Shown here one piece after another: positions 1 to 15,496 of a DNA stretch of 64,000 nucleotides. The translations under genes and the position numbers were made by a program. Every line of letters begins with the position of its first letter. The stretch's first letter is position 1. The stretch is from the human T2T-CHM13v2.0 reference genome, Homo sapiens. The stretch is from NCBI RefSeq assembly GCF_009914755.1, contig NC_060926.1, one strand, 5' to 3'. Under the pieces are notes generated by a model that was not told the origin of the DNA, ran no database searches, and was given only the letters and a program-made list of their open reading frames with translations.

Positions 1-328
1 TAAACTGAGTAGCTTATAAGCAATATAAATTTATTTTTCACAGCTCTGGAAGCTGGGAAGTCTAAAACCAAGGCATTGGTAGATTCAGTGTCTGATGATG
101 AACTGCTTTCTTGTTCATAGACAGCGCCTTCTAGCTGTGTCCTTAGAAGGCAGAAAGGCTGAGGGGTTTCCTTTGGGACTCTTTTAAAAGGGCACTAAGC
201 CTATTCATGAGGGCTCTGCTCTCATGACCTATCACCCCCAAAGGGCCCCAACTCCTAATACCATCAGTTTTAGAATTAGGATTTCAACATATAAATTTTG
301 GAGGAACACAAACATTCAGACTATAGCA
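1..328 (-). mobile_element. MaLR solo LTR (MLT1A-like), cut by window start
   Basis: Reverse complement starts TGCTATAGTCTGAATGTTTGTGTTCCTCCAAAATTTATATGTTGAAATCC, the typical MLT1A/MST 5' end. Confidence 0.8.
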
Positions 329-394
329 AAATTCAATATATGACAACACACAAATATCATATAATGAGAAATTACTATATGTAGCAGAAATGGT

Positions 395-640
395 TTAAAC
401 TGTCATTATTTTATATTTTGCAAATTTCCTTAATGTTGGCCTAAGAAAAGACAGCTAAATTCCCATATCTGCATTCATCTGTAATCTGTTTTAACATAAC
501 ATGACATAATGGCGTGTTGAAACCCTCATTGTATGTTTGTGACAACAAGAGATGTAAAACTGCAAATAACTCATAGTATTACTGTGAAAATAGCTTTGAC
601 CTCACAGATTCCTTAACATGGCTCAAAGAACCACAAGATT
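395..640. mobile_element. hAT-Charlie DNA transposon remnant (Charlie1-like)
   Basis: Motifs ttttgcaaatttccttaatgtt...gacagct and gtgaaaatagctttgacctc resemble the Charlie1 subterminal region. Confidence 0.45.
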
Positions 641-1072
641 CTCTGCCCAAGAGCCAAAGCAAAAGAAATAAAACAAAGAGGTATAGCAATAAGAAACAAG
701 TGAGAATAAAATGTAATACTAAAAATCACTTACTGCAAAGAAAAGGAAAACAGCAAAAAAGGAATGAATAAAGTACAGATTCAACAAATAGGAAACAAGT
801 AGCCACATGGTAGACTTACACTATAATGGTACTTACATTAAACATAAATGGATAAAACATTAATGGGATACAGTTATCAGACTTTATCAAAAATTAAGAC
901 CCAACTGTATGCTATCTAAAAGCAACTTCTTACAAAACATACAGACAGATAAATTACGTGTGAAAAGATGGAAAAAGATGAACCATGCAAACATGTTAAT
1001 CATAAGTAAAGTGGCTATTTTACTACCAGTAAAATGGACTTCAGAACAAAGAATATAACTTACCAGGAATAA

Positions 1073-1915
<843 letters not shown>

Positions 1916-4489
1916 TTATCATTAACTATTTAAAAGAGCCAACTCTTCAAGAAGAAATAAAAATACGTAAATGTTTATGTACCTAAAATTAGAGCTTTAA
2001 AATACAAGAAACAAAAACTAACAGACATATAGAGATATAACAAATCCAACAATTAGAGCTAGAAATTTCAAGACTCCGTCCTCAGTAATTCATAGAATGA
2101 GTTGGAACAAAATAAGTATGAATCTAATTAACATTTTAGTATACTCAACTCAGTTGGAGAATACACATTATTTTTCTAAGTGCACATCAAACACTCTCCA
2201 AGATAGGCCTGTGCTGGTGCATAAAACAATTCTCAATAAATGTAAAAGAATTATAACTTTAAAATAATAAAGACCTAAAATTGATCATCTGAAGTTCCAC
2301 CTTAAAAGCAAGAAAAAAGCAAAAAGTAAGTAGGAGGAATGAACAGAGCAAAAATCAGTGAAATAGAGAAGAGAAAAACAATGGAGAACAACAATAAAAC
2401 CAAAAACTCATACATAACCTCAAGCTAGACTATTCAAGGAAAAAGAAAGGCAAAAACTACCTATGTTAAGAATTGAAGAGAGAAAATCACAAACAATCCT
2501 ATATGCATTAAAATTATAATATTATGAAATTTTTATGGCAATAAAGTCAAAACTTAATGAAGTAGTCAACTTTTGAAAGGCACAAAAAATGACCAAAACT
2601 AACTGAAGAAGTAACAGTAGTACAATAGCTAAAGAAATCAAATTCATAATTAACTTCCCCAGACACCACCACCACCACCAAACCTTCAGGGACAGATGCC
2701 GCATTGGTGAATTCTATCATACACATAGCAACAAATAATTCCAATTCTATGCAATCTCTTTCAGCATACAAAGGAAAAACAAACCTTTTTTTCTTGTAAT
2801 ACAAAAATATACACATGCATAACTAACAAGCAATAGGGGAAAATGTAAACTATTTTAAATAATCTATACAATAAGAAACCATAGAAAAAGGAACACAGAA
2901 CATGTTCTGTGTTCTGTGTTTATGTTTATGGAGAAACATAAATCAACTTGGAAGGTAGTAGATTTAAGTCCAGTTACATAAGTAGCTTTATTAAATGTAA
3001 ATGAATTAAATACTCTTATTAAATGACAAAACTTGTCAGACTGGATTAAAAAACGACAACAGTAGACACAACAGATACACCTTAAACATAAGGATGAAAA
3101 TAGATTGAAAGTACAAGGAAGGGAAAAGTTTACGATGCGAATCCTAAATAAAAGGAAATTATTGTAAACATACAAATACAGTGTTTGTGGCAAGACACAT
3201 CACTGAAGATGAAGGAACATATCAATTCACCAGGAATATAAGTCTAAATTTATCTGAAATGAATGATGGGTTCAAATTATATAAAGCAAAACTTGACAGA
3301 ACTAAAAGAGATATAGAAAAATCTTCCGTAATAGTGATAGGTGTTTTTCAGTAATTGAAAGGTAAAACATAAAGCTTTTAGAAAATAACATAGGGGAATA
3401 TCTTTAATGATCTTGGGTAGATAAATTTTTCAGAAACAGAATGCATAATGCACTAGCTATTAAAATGTTTAATTTCATTTCTACAAAATTAAGAACTTTG
3501 CATTGCTAAAAAAAAAAAAAAAAAAAAAAACCTTTAAGAGAAAAAACCCAAAGTAATAAATAGAGAAAATATTTGCACTGGATATACCCCTCAAAGAACT
3601 TATATCCACAATACAAAAAGAACTCTTATAAATCATTAAAAATAGAAAGTTTAATTTTTTTCAATGCACAAAACAATTGCACAGAAGAAAATATCCAAAG
3701 GGCCAAAACTCATTTGAAAATAATCTAAAGCTAATGGGTCATCACACAAACCCTAAAATGGCCAAAATTTAATTCTCACAATACCTTCTTTTGTCAAGAA
3801 TGTAGAAATAGAACTCCCATACACTGCTTTTGGGACTGTACACTTGTACCACCACTCAGGAAAACTATTTGGCAATTTCTACTAAAGCTGAACGTATGAA
3901 CAGGCTGTGATGCCACAATTTCACTCATAGGTATACTCCTAACACAGTGCAACATTTGCACACCAGAAGTCATGTGATGCACCATTAAAGAAAGATTACT
4001 GGTGGGAGCCTCAAATTAAAAACAATATCGCTCAGCAGTAGAATAAAGCACATAATGGTGAACTGAAACAACAAAATGCCCATACTAATGCTGTCTGCCA
4101 CATGCAAAAGCATAGATGGATCTCTTATAGAGCTAAGTGAAAGAAGTCAGACAAAAAAAGAATACTTACCCTAATGCAGTTGGATTTTCTATGACGATAA
4201 CAAAGTTCCCTTAACTTGCTCAGATTTCATCTAAAGCTCTGTACCTAATTTTGTATTTATAATTTTGTTTTTATTTATTTAAAGAGAGTTGCCAAAATTG
4301 CTTAAGTTTTCAGACCCCAATGAATCTTTTCTTTTCTCTTGCTTTATGATTCCAAAATAGAAAAATTAAACTGCAGTATTAGAAATCAAGTTAGTGGCTA
4401 ACTTGAAGATGGAGTGATTAGTAACTGGAAATAGGCACAGGCTTGGCTTCAGGGAAGCTGGTGATGTTCTCTTTATTAATCTGCAGAGA

Positions 4490-4647
4490 TAAATCTATGA
4501 TAATAAATGTTTAGCAACTTGCTTCCTGGAAGCAAAGGAACCGATATTTGAATATTCCTGCCATGCTCAATTTCAAGCAGTTGAACAACCAGAATATTTA
4601 ACAATAACTCTCAAAAATTAATGCAAGCCATCTCCAGCACACCACTC
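4490..4647. mobile_element. hAT-Blackjack MER63-like remnant
   Basis: taaatgtttagcaac...aatttcaagc...ctccagcacaccact terminal motif. Confidence 0.5.
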
Positions 4648-4994
4648 TAGGGTTTGGTTACATGGTCATGTTCATTTTGAGATATTTCATTGACATATAA
4701 ACTTCTGATGTAGTTTATCTTCTGTTGTTGTTTTAATTTCAATAAAAATAATACTTAAGGAATTCTAGAGGTTATACTCTTCCATTTAGGAAGTATTAAA
4801 ACATAAAATCAAAAGCAAAACAAAATAAACAAATACTGAAGACCATTCAGACAAATTCAAGTTATTACGGAAATGGATACAGTGAATAAATTAAAAAGTA
4901 AATGTATTCTGAAATTTTACAAATTAGGAAGAAAAGGTATATACAAATACATCTGAGATTTAAAAACACTATGTACAAATCTCTGCTAATGCTA

Positions 4995-5152
4995 TTTCAC
5001 ATTACACTGTAATTATGTATTTACTTTTCTGCAATTCCTTAGAAGGCTATACTCCTTAAAGGCAGTCACTGGGTTTTGTTTAACTCTGTAATGTTAGGCA
5101 CGTAATAAATGCCTGACATACAATGTGCATTAAATAAACATATTGAATAAAT
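4995..5152 (+). mobile_element. L2 3' end
   Basis: ctccttaaaggcag...tgcctgacatac...aataaacatattgaataaa, typical L2 tail. Confidence 0.55.
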
Positions 5153-5854
5153 TACACATTATACAATAGGGCAATATTTAAGAGTTTTAAGATGATAGCA
5201 GACACATGATAATGATGCTGGAGGTCACAGTCAGAGTATGAAGAAGCCACTCCTAGCTGCTGTGATCAGAGAATATATATTCCTATGTACTTTGGGCCAT
5301 ATGGTTCTACTTGCAATAAAATGCTCCCCCTAGACTCCACAAGAGGTCAGAGTCTTCTTTCTTGATCTAATGAGGCTAGGGGATCTTATTTAACAAACCA
5401 GGCATATAACAGCTGAAAGAAAAGAGCTCATTTTTTCTTTGATAGTATTGCTGAGTGCAGAAATTATGCAAAGCAAGCAGAAAAAAATCCTGTGTGTATT
5501 TCAAAGTATTACACGGATGCTTAAAATAACTTTTTATTTTACATTTAGCTATCTTGAGTATAGCCAGGGGTGTCAATAGCTTTCTATAGGTTATAGTCCC
5601 TGAAAATATTTAACAAGAGTAAAATGAAAGTTCAGCAAAAAAAAAAACCTGTTATAGCTACCTCACTTAAACGTTCAGATCTCATACTTGCCAGTGATCC
5701 CTCAATCAGATTCTCAGGGAATGTGAGCTCAAAGAGCATATTATGTCCAATGGCATAGTGGCAAATGATTATATGGATGTTGCTTGCTCTCCTGTGTTTT
5801 CCTTTTTTTTTTTTTTTTAGTGATCCAAATATAACTCAAAATCAAGGTGCCAGT

Positions 5855-5917
5855 TGGTGGGTGGGTGGTGGTGGTGGTGATGGTGATGGTGGTGGGGCGG
5901 GGTGGGGGGTGGCGGCA

Positions 5918-5962
<45 letters not shown>
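5855..5962 (+). repeat. (TGG)n/G-run tract followed by (TG)20
   Basis: Directly visible; (TG)n at 5922-5962. Confidence 0.95.
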
Positions 5963-5966
<4 letters not shown>

Positions 5967-6556
5967 CTTTCTGGGCTAATCCAGAAAAAACTGTTATCCC
6001 AGAGATGAGCAGAGCTTCTCATCTAGGCATGTGATGGAGGGGAGAGGTAGACAGAAAAAGAAGCTTAAACTTTCACAAATTTATGTTTGCTGGAATAACT
6101 TAATCTTTTTCTAAGGGTTGTCCAAAATGTATGTTTCCATATTACTCAGAGTCTGATAATAAATGCATTTCAGGATCAAGAATAACACTGGACTCTAAGT
6201 TCCCATTAACAAGTACTAAAAAGAGTGTAGGGGAGAAGGTAACCAAGTAGCAAGCTGACCACCAATGGCAAGGCCACCATTAGATTCCATAACAACACTG
6301 GTCATCTGGCTCAGAACAAGATGTCAAGCTGAAAGGAAATGCTGGCCATGGACAAGAAAAGTAGAGCCATTTTCAGCATGTCCTGAGACCCTCCTCAAAC
6401 AGGTTGAGCAATGGAGAGAGAATAATCATCTCCTAAAGTAAATAAACTGGAAATAAGATACAATTCAGTCCCATGTTATGTGATTGTGACTCATGAAAAT
6501 TTTAGATAAAGTGATATAGAAATAATGGTAAAGTCTCAACATAGATAAATAATTGA

Positions 6557-6949
<393 letters not shown>

Positions 6950-7204
6950 TGAATTCCACAGCATGCTATCTCTGGTTGACAAACATTCTTTGTGAGAATC
7001 ATCCTTTGTCGGAATCAGCCTTTATTGTAAATTTCTGTGCACAGAGCTTCTTATTCAGCAAGTCTGGAAAGTACTCAAGAATATCTATTTTTATATAAGT
7101 TTCTCGGCTAACTCTAATGCACCCAATCCATGGCCTACAATTTTAGAATTCTTTCCAGAGACTGTAAAACTCCCTAGGGTAGAAAAGTATACTGAGTTGG
7201 GGAA

Positions 7205-7440
7205 AAGTATACTGTACTGATTGAAAGTAGGAATTCCAGCATCTTATTTACAATTCTGGCTTTACTACTCATTAGCTCTATGTTTTTAGTAAAGTAATTA
7301 ACCTCTCCTCCCCGAGCCTCAGTTCCCTCATTTGTAAAACGAAGCTAATTGTAGAACTCAACTCACAATCTATTTGTGAGGCTAAACTACATCCAGACTA
7401 AGGATTGTTCAAAAAATGTTTGCTATTGTTATTATTATTA
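7205..7440 (+). mobile_element. MIR
   Basis: Core motif ttaacctctc...gagcctcagttccctcatttgtaaaac; ends tgctattgttattatt. Confidence 0.7.
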
Positions 7441-7639
7441 AACTTGTGTTGTAAACTCTCAGTAAAGCGCACCTGGTGCTCAAATAATAGTTTATGAATT
7501 GCCTTGAAGAGAATGTAAGTACAATGAACTTTACAGTGGATTCTAAATGTTCAATAGAAATATTTTATAGCTAAGCTCTAGTTTAACATGTATTCTTAGA
7601 AACAACATGTATGAGATGTGAAATTGCCATTAGCCTAGT

Positions 7640-8000
7640 GGTAGTAGTAATAGGATGGGCCAGGTGATGCACACTCAGCAAATTAACCCTGAAACATAAG
7701 AAAAGTGTGTGTTTTTCATCACAGTATATGACTAATGCTAGTCAGGGAGGCACTTAAAGGGGAACTGTACTCTATGCAGGCTGACAATGTCTCTACCATC
7801 TGGAATGTTCTATTTTTGCCGGTCAGAGGAAAAGACAGCTGGAAAGTCCCACGCTAGATTTTTACAATTTTGTTCCAGAAGGAATTTACATCACTTTCCC
7901 TCACAGCCCATTGTCCAAAATGAGTCACGTGGACCCAGCTCCCTGCAAGGGGGATAAAAATGTCAGCAAGCTGATGGAATGGTAGGTGAGTACCACTGTC
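7640..8000 (-). mobile_element. Old MLT1-type LTR remnant
   Basis: catcactttccctcacagcccattgtccaaaatgagtcacgtggacccagc motif. Confidence 0.45.
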
Positions 8001-8330
8001 CCTAGTCTATTAGCATTTGTAATGACAGTTACAGCCACCAAAAATTCAATCTTACTATGATCTATGTAGTTATAAGTATGTATAGTTTCTAATGTTATTC
8101 TCACAACAGCCTTGTGTCTTACATATTATTATCTATTGTCAAAGGAGAAAACAGGGATAGAAGAGCTAGTTAACCAATTTGTCTCACAATGTCACCATTT
8201 CACTCATCTCTTTGTCATCATTTCTCACCGAGGTGGACCTATGGCTATTCTTTTCTGAAGCTGACCCCTCCACCTATGCTGTCTTTACCAGAACTATGCA
8301 CTTGACCATTTTCTTCTTCCTCATCCCCAG

Positions 8331-8765
8331 GAACTCCACCACTGGTACTTCGCCTTATGCCACTATCATCACCACTGGTACTTCTCCTTATGCCACTACC
8401 ATCACCACTGGTACTTCTCCTTATGACACTGGCACCACCACTGGTACTTCTCCTTATGACACTGGCATCACCACTGGTACTTCTTATGACACTGTCATCA
8501 CCACTGGTACTTCTCCTTATGACACTGGCATCACCACTGATACTTCTCCTTATGACACTGGCATCACCACTGGTACTTCTCCTTATGACACTGTCATCGC
8601 CACTGGTACTTCTCCTTATGACACTGTCATCACCACTGGTACTTCTCCTTATGACACTGTCATCGCCACTGGTACTTCTCCTTATGACACTGTCATCACC
8701 ACTGGTACTTCTCCTTATGACACTGTCATCACCACTGGTACTTCTTATGACACTATCATCACAAG
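8331..8765 (+). other. Candidate symmetric (phase 2) 435-bp exon encoding Thr-rich TTGTSPYDTVI repeats
   Basis: Branch-like cttgac (8301), polypyrimidine tract, CAG|G acceptor at 8330/8331; AAG|GTGGGA donor at 8765/8766; open frame. No expression evidence. Confidence 0.3.
8338..8760 (+). repeat. Minisatellite/VNTR, 13 units (11 x 33 bp and 2 x 30 bp), consensus ACCACTGGTACTTCTCCTTATGACACTGTCATC
   Basis: Direct unit count; 11x33+2x30=423 bp equals the span. Confidence 0.97.
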
Positions 8766-9329
8766 GTGGGAAGCCATAAAAAGTGCCACATCTCTACTGT
8801 GTTCTCAAGTTCGCTTTTCGTTTACTTTTAAGCTTCCCAAAACATGGTCTATAATGTGTAATTTCTACTTTACCCCTCACCTAAGACCTTGAAATCAGCC
8901 CTGTACTCTCATTATAACTGTAGTTATCCACTGTAACTGTAGATATGCAAATATTGGAAATCTTGATGAAACCAAATGAGTACCAGAAATAAAGTTTTGG
9001 AAGCTGACTCTGAATTCTTGTGCCATAATAACTGTGTAACCTCCAGCAAACTATTTAATTTCTGTGGCTCCAATTCCTCATTTCTGAAGAATGGCTCAAC
9101 GATATTTGGACGGCTGAACTTACACCTTGGTTTGGTGGATTTAACATCATCATGTAAACAAAAGTGAGAAACCAACAAGCAATTTGGAATAACCCTTTAT
9201 GGTTTTAATTTTCAAATCAAATAACATCTTCTCAGTCTTTAACCAACTGTTTCTGCCAAAATACACCCCCAAAAATTCCAAACACTCAAATCCTTTTATA
9301 AATTCCCCCCATTATTTTTTTCTCTTCAG

Positions 9330-10260
9330 TTAACAAACATGCTCAATTTTCTCCCCTCTATTAAACCATTCCCCAGTTCTTTGCCTCCATGTCCAGTTGC
9401 CAGTGGTTTGTCTCCATGCCTCTCCTTCTCATGGATATCTTCTGAATGGTATAGTCTATTTATCCATTGTCCATGTCCTACCATTTGCACATTGACCTAG
9501 GTATTTGTCTTCTCCACAGATTATCCACATACTTCTATGTAAAGTCTCTAGTCACTTCCTAATTATTAAATCCAATGAATACTTAACCAGCCTTATTTTA
9601 TTTTAATTCTGGGACTGACATGTTGACTACTCTCTGCTCAAAATTCTCTTCTCATTTGTACTCTATGACACCACTGCCTTCCACCCCTGCAGCCATTCCT
9701 TTCAGGCTTTTCCTCAGGGTTCTCTTCCATTTCCTATACCTAAAGCATAGATGATCATCAGTGTTTTATCATTAGTCCTCTTTCCTACGCATTTTAAAAA
9801 TATTTTCCTGAATTAGCTCATCTCTTCTCATGAGTTAGTTGAGAAAAGCTAGCTCTTTAATGCTGACGACTTCTAAAGCTACATCTACAAACATAAAAAT
9901 AAACCAGAAATCCACCCCAATGGGCCCATGCATAAACCACATTTGATGATTTTCTCAAAACTCTGCAACATGAACTCAACTCCAGGAAGACTCACTGAAC
10001 ATACCTGACTCATCTCCACCTTCATGCCATTTCTCTTGTTCTATCTACAACTATCGCTTGTCTCCATCTTCTTTCATCTATCCAGATGTTATGCATCGTT
10101 CATGCTCCACCAGTTTCCCACGGCTTTCCAACAACTTATCTTGGTTCACAGCTTTTTTCTTTTTCTGAATGTCTTTACTAGTTTCTCCAATAAACACTGT
10201 TTCAAATATCCTGCTAGGATTGAGGGTTTGGTTTTTTTTTATAACTTCCCCCTTCCTCTA
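9330..10260 (+). mobile_element. L2 fragment
   Basis: aaacatgctcaa...taaatccaatgaatac...tgttgactactctct...ctatgacaccact...tgctgacgacttctaa, typical L2 ORF2 region. Confidence 0.65.
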
Positions 10261-11014
10261 GATATTTATAGCGGCACTTATTTTGTATATGTGGCTCTGC
10301 CACCCAGCCACAGATAACTGAATCAGATAGTAAAAATTTGTCCCGTGATGAACCAGTCAGGATCTCTGTCCTAATAACTGGAATCGGGACTCAGAGATAG
10401 CTAATCACTCTGACTTGATTACTTAAATTTAAAATGTATAAAGTGGAGAATCATAGAAATGCCATTTTTAGATAAGTGCACGATGAAGCAATAAAATCCT
10501 GACCTATAGAAAAAGAAAAGAAGAAAGCAGGTGTGCAGAAGAGAGCAGACATGAGATTTCAAGGCAGCTGCTGACTAGTTTTCTAATAGTTTTTCAGTCT
10601 CTTACGATGTTTAGTGGCATATCCTGCCTTGGGCAAGGATACTCTGATGTCCTTCTAATTCCCTTTTTGCTTCATAGTTTGAAGGGATTTTTAAAATACT
10701 TTTAGCAAAATGAAATGTAACCAAACTCACTCATTTTTACACCTATCACATATTATCCTATGCTGTTACTTAGCTATTTCAAATGTATACAGTGTGTTTC
10801 CCTACTTAGATGGCAACCTTCTGTAATGAGAGAATTTTGTCTGATGGTTTTACTTTTTTTCTTGAATCCTCCCAGTAGTTCCCATATGTACTATGGGAAC
10901 TCAGTGAAATTCACTGATGCAAGCAGTCCGGTAAACCTAACTCTGTTTCCCCTCTTTAGAGTCTACCACAATGCTGTGAACACATTGATACTCTCATATT
11001 TAGTTTAAATAAAT

Positions 11015-12620
<1,606 letters not shown>

Positions 12621-12934
12621 TGTTTCTGAGATTTCCATGTCTATTATTTTCAATCTTCTCTCTTCACTTCTTAAAGCAAAGAAATAAATAGGAGTGGTGA
12701 CAGGGAGAAAATCAAGAAAAGATGCTGATAATAAGACTCTTCAATCAAATCTTTTCTTATTCTATTATTTTCTTCACCTTTACTAATACTTGCTCACTCT
12801 TCAGAAAGGTGATTGGGAGTGATGCTTAAATAATCAAACCGCAGACATTATGGACTGATTCTTCGTTTTTATTCTTTGCAGAACTTAATGAATACATCCA
12901 AATATGCTTTGACCACCACTAAGTAAAAATAGGC

Positions 12935-13095
12935 TAGGATTAGAAAATAGAACTGGAGTCTTATCCTTGCCCTGTTGTTAATTATTTGACCTTTGGTAAG
13001 CTACTTGATATTCCTGCACCTCAGTTTCCTCAGGTGCCAAATGACAGTCATATATTCTACTATTAATCTCCAAGAAAATGTAAAAATGAAAAGAA
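12935..13095 (+). mobile_element. MIR
   Basis: tgacctttggtaagctactt...cctcagtttcctcaggtg core. Confidence 0.55.
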
Positions 13096-14119
13096 GTAGT
13101 AAGTTAGAAAAGCTTTTAGAAGCCCACATTAAATACGGTCATAGGAAGATTAATAATCAAATACTACTTTGCATTTTTAACAGAATTTGTCTGAGTGTGA
13201 AAAGAAACCTCTAGATATTTAAAATATCTCTAAACTTATAATGAGATTCTTTATCCTCCACGTCCCTTTCTTAGCCTATGTTCGACCTACCTGCTGTTTA
13301 TCCTTTCCAATCTTTCTGTTTCCTCTTGAGCCCAGACTGCCAGCTGTGTTAAATTGTGTGATAATTCTGTGCTGTGAACAGTTCCCTGAGGAAGCAGAGC
13401 CAAATGCCATCTCTGTGACTTGTCTTGGGAAGAGAAAAGTTCCAAATTGAAAACTCATAATGTCAATCCCTTGTGGTTGCTCTTACCACTCTACTGTTCA
13501 TAAAGACCTTGAAGCAAGAAGTAATGGCCCTATGATAAAGACCAAATCACCATTATCAGTTGGAGAGCTCTCTGCTGTGGCTCAGAGTTCAGTGTTAGAC
13601 AGACTGGCGTTTGGTCTTCATCAACTAAGGATGACTCTAAAATAAGAGGTATCACTCAAGCCTTGGGAAATAACTTTCACAAGCCTTCATAAGGACACAT
13701 TTTCATTTCAGACAACATTGAGCAAAGGGCCATGTCGGTTATTCTTAATGGTTTTTTCAGTGGGTTTTTGTTTTTTCTGTTTTTTGTTACTGTTGCTTTT
13801 CTTTAAAAAAAAATCTGTACAGAATTATAATGTTGCTTTAGTGATAGAAAGTACATGTACCTGGAGATCTGTGGGGAAAAAGTGTTAGAAAACTACTTTT
13901 CAAATCTGAAAAGTAAGCATCATACATGCACAAACATGGCTGCTTTTTTCTTTCATTTTTATTTGTTTTAAACATGGCTTTTCTAAGTCATAAAACAAAA
14001 GGTTTAAATCTCTCTTTTAAATCTGTTGGGTAAATGAAGAGATGGCTTGTCTGTGAAAATGCTTTCCAACGAATTTCAATACCTTAATGAATAATAGATA
14101 AATTTCATTTCCTCCCGAT

Positions 14120-14620
14120 CCTTTCTCTATGTGGCAGCCAAAGTGATCTTTTGAAAACCCAAATCTAATCATGTCATTTCTTGATTAAAACTCTTCAGCA
14201 GGTCCCTAATGTCCTCAAGATAATGTCCAAATTATTATATTTTAAAAGAGCTTTATGACTGGTCCCTAATTATTTCTCAACTTTGGGTCTCTAAGCCATA
14301 CCCTGTAATGTACCCCTTCATTGCACTGCTCCTCCTCCGCCACTTCCTGACACATACAACCAATTAATCTGGATTCTAGTTATATTGACTGTTTCACGAA
14401 CCACTTAAAACCACCCTAAAACCATGTTCTGTCCCTCTGTCTCAGGTTTTACTGGCTCCTAATCTTGAGGTGTGCCCTTTTTCACATGCCTTTCAAGCAC
14501 TCTGTACTCACCCCTCATGATTTTTATCACAGATATGAGTTCATTCCTCAAGGTCAGTGTCACCTTGTATGCCCATGACTTAAAGTCCAGCATCAAAGCA
14601 TTGCTCAATAAATATTTGAA
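14120..14620 (+). mobile_element. L2 3' region
   Basis: gcagccaaagtgatcttttgaaaacccaaatctaatcatgtca...gctcaataaatatttg. Confidence 0.7.
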
Positions 14621-15197
14621 GTAGGTCTATGAGAGATGGCTGGAAGAGAGGGAGAAAGGAAAAAAGGGAAGGAGAGAGAGAGCAGGGAGATCAAGACTCC
14701 TAAAGTAATCAGGTTCATTTCTGCTGATATCCAGTTTAGGAATTTGGCCTCTGGATTCCTCAAATGCTCCAGGATTTCCTCATCTCTGCTCCTTCCCTTT
14801 TTCTGAGCTGGCTATGCCCCAAATTAGTATTTGCTCTTTGCTGCCACATTCCTCCCAGATCCTCCCAGAAATGTTTCTCACCAAAACAAATGTATTTGGC
14901 CTCAAAGCCCTTAGGCATTAAAAAGTATCCTTTTTTAAACTCAAGACTGGGGACCTCGGTTATTCAAGATAACAAAGGAGAAGCAGCCCAGAAAACCCAA
15001 AAAGGGCTGTGTAGCCAAAGATGAAACCAGAATTTAATTTTGGCCAAGTACCACATAATCCGAGAGCACTGGTCTCTTTAACTCAATCTGTCTTTTATCT
15101 CTTTATATCCATTTAATTAGACATATTCAATGTGATTAAATGGCAGTATTAAATGTAGCAGAGTACCCTATGAAGATAAAACTTGTTTTGTTATTGT

Positions 15198-15496
15198 GAG
15201 ATGGAGCCTGTGGAGGGTAATTAAGTTCAGATGAGGTCATGAGGATGGAGTTACCCATGATGGGATTAACGCCCTTGTAAGAACGTAAAGAGATAAGAGC
15301 TCTTTCTCTCCACCATGTGAAGATACATCAAGAAGGTGGCTGTCTATAAACCAGGAAGACGGCGCTCAACAGACTGAGTCTGCTGATGCATTGATCTTGG
15401 GCTTCCTAGTCTCCAAAACTGTGAGAAATAAATGTCTGGTGTTTAAGCCACCCATTCTATGGTAATTTGTCATTGAAACCCTAGTTAAGAAAGACA
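15198..15496 (+). mobile_element. MLT1A0-like LTR, 5' truncated
   Basis: gatgaggtcatgagg...aactgtgagaaataaatgtctggtgtttaagccaccc...aagaca. Confidence 0.8.

Noticed and set aside
8338-8760. CRISPR-like array or RNA polymerase II CTD-like repeat
   Set aside because: Units are head to tail with no unique spacers, the DNA is primate, and the 11-aa period does not match the YSPTSPS heptad
8357-8779. 140-aa Leu-rich ORF (PLVLLLMTLSS)n
   Set aside because: Alternative frame of the same VNTR, with an implausible all-hydrophobic product
8179-8892. 237-aa ORF as a single-exon gene with a signal peptide
   Set aside because: It starts at TTG in MIR/L2-like sequence with no promoter evidence; only the splice-bounded part is kept as a candidate
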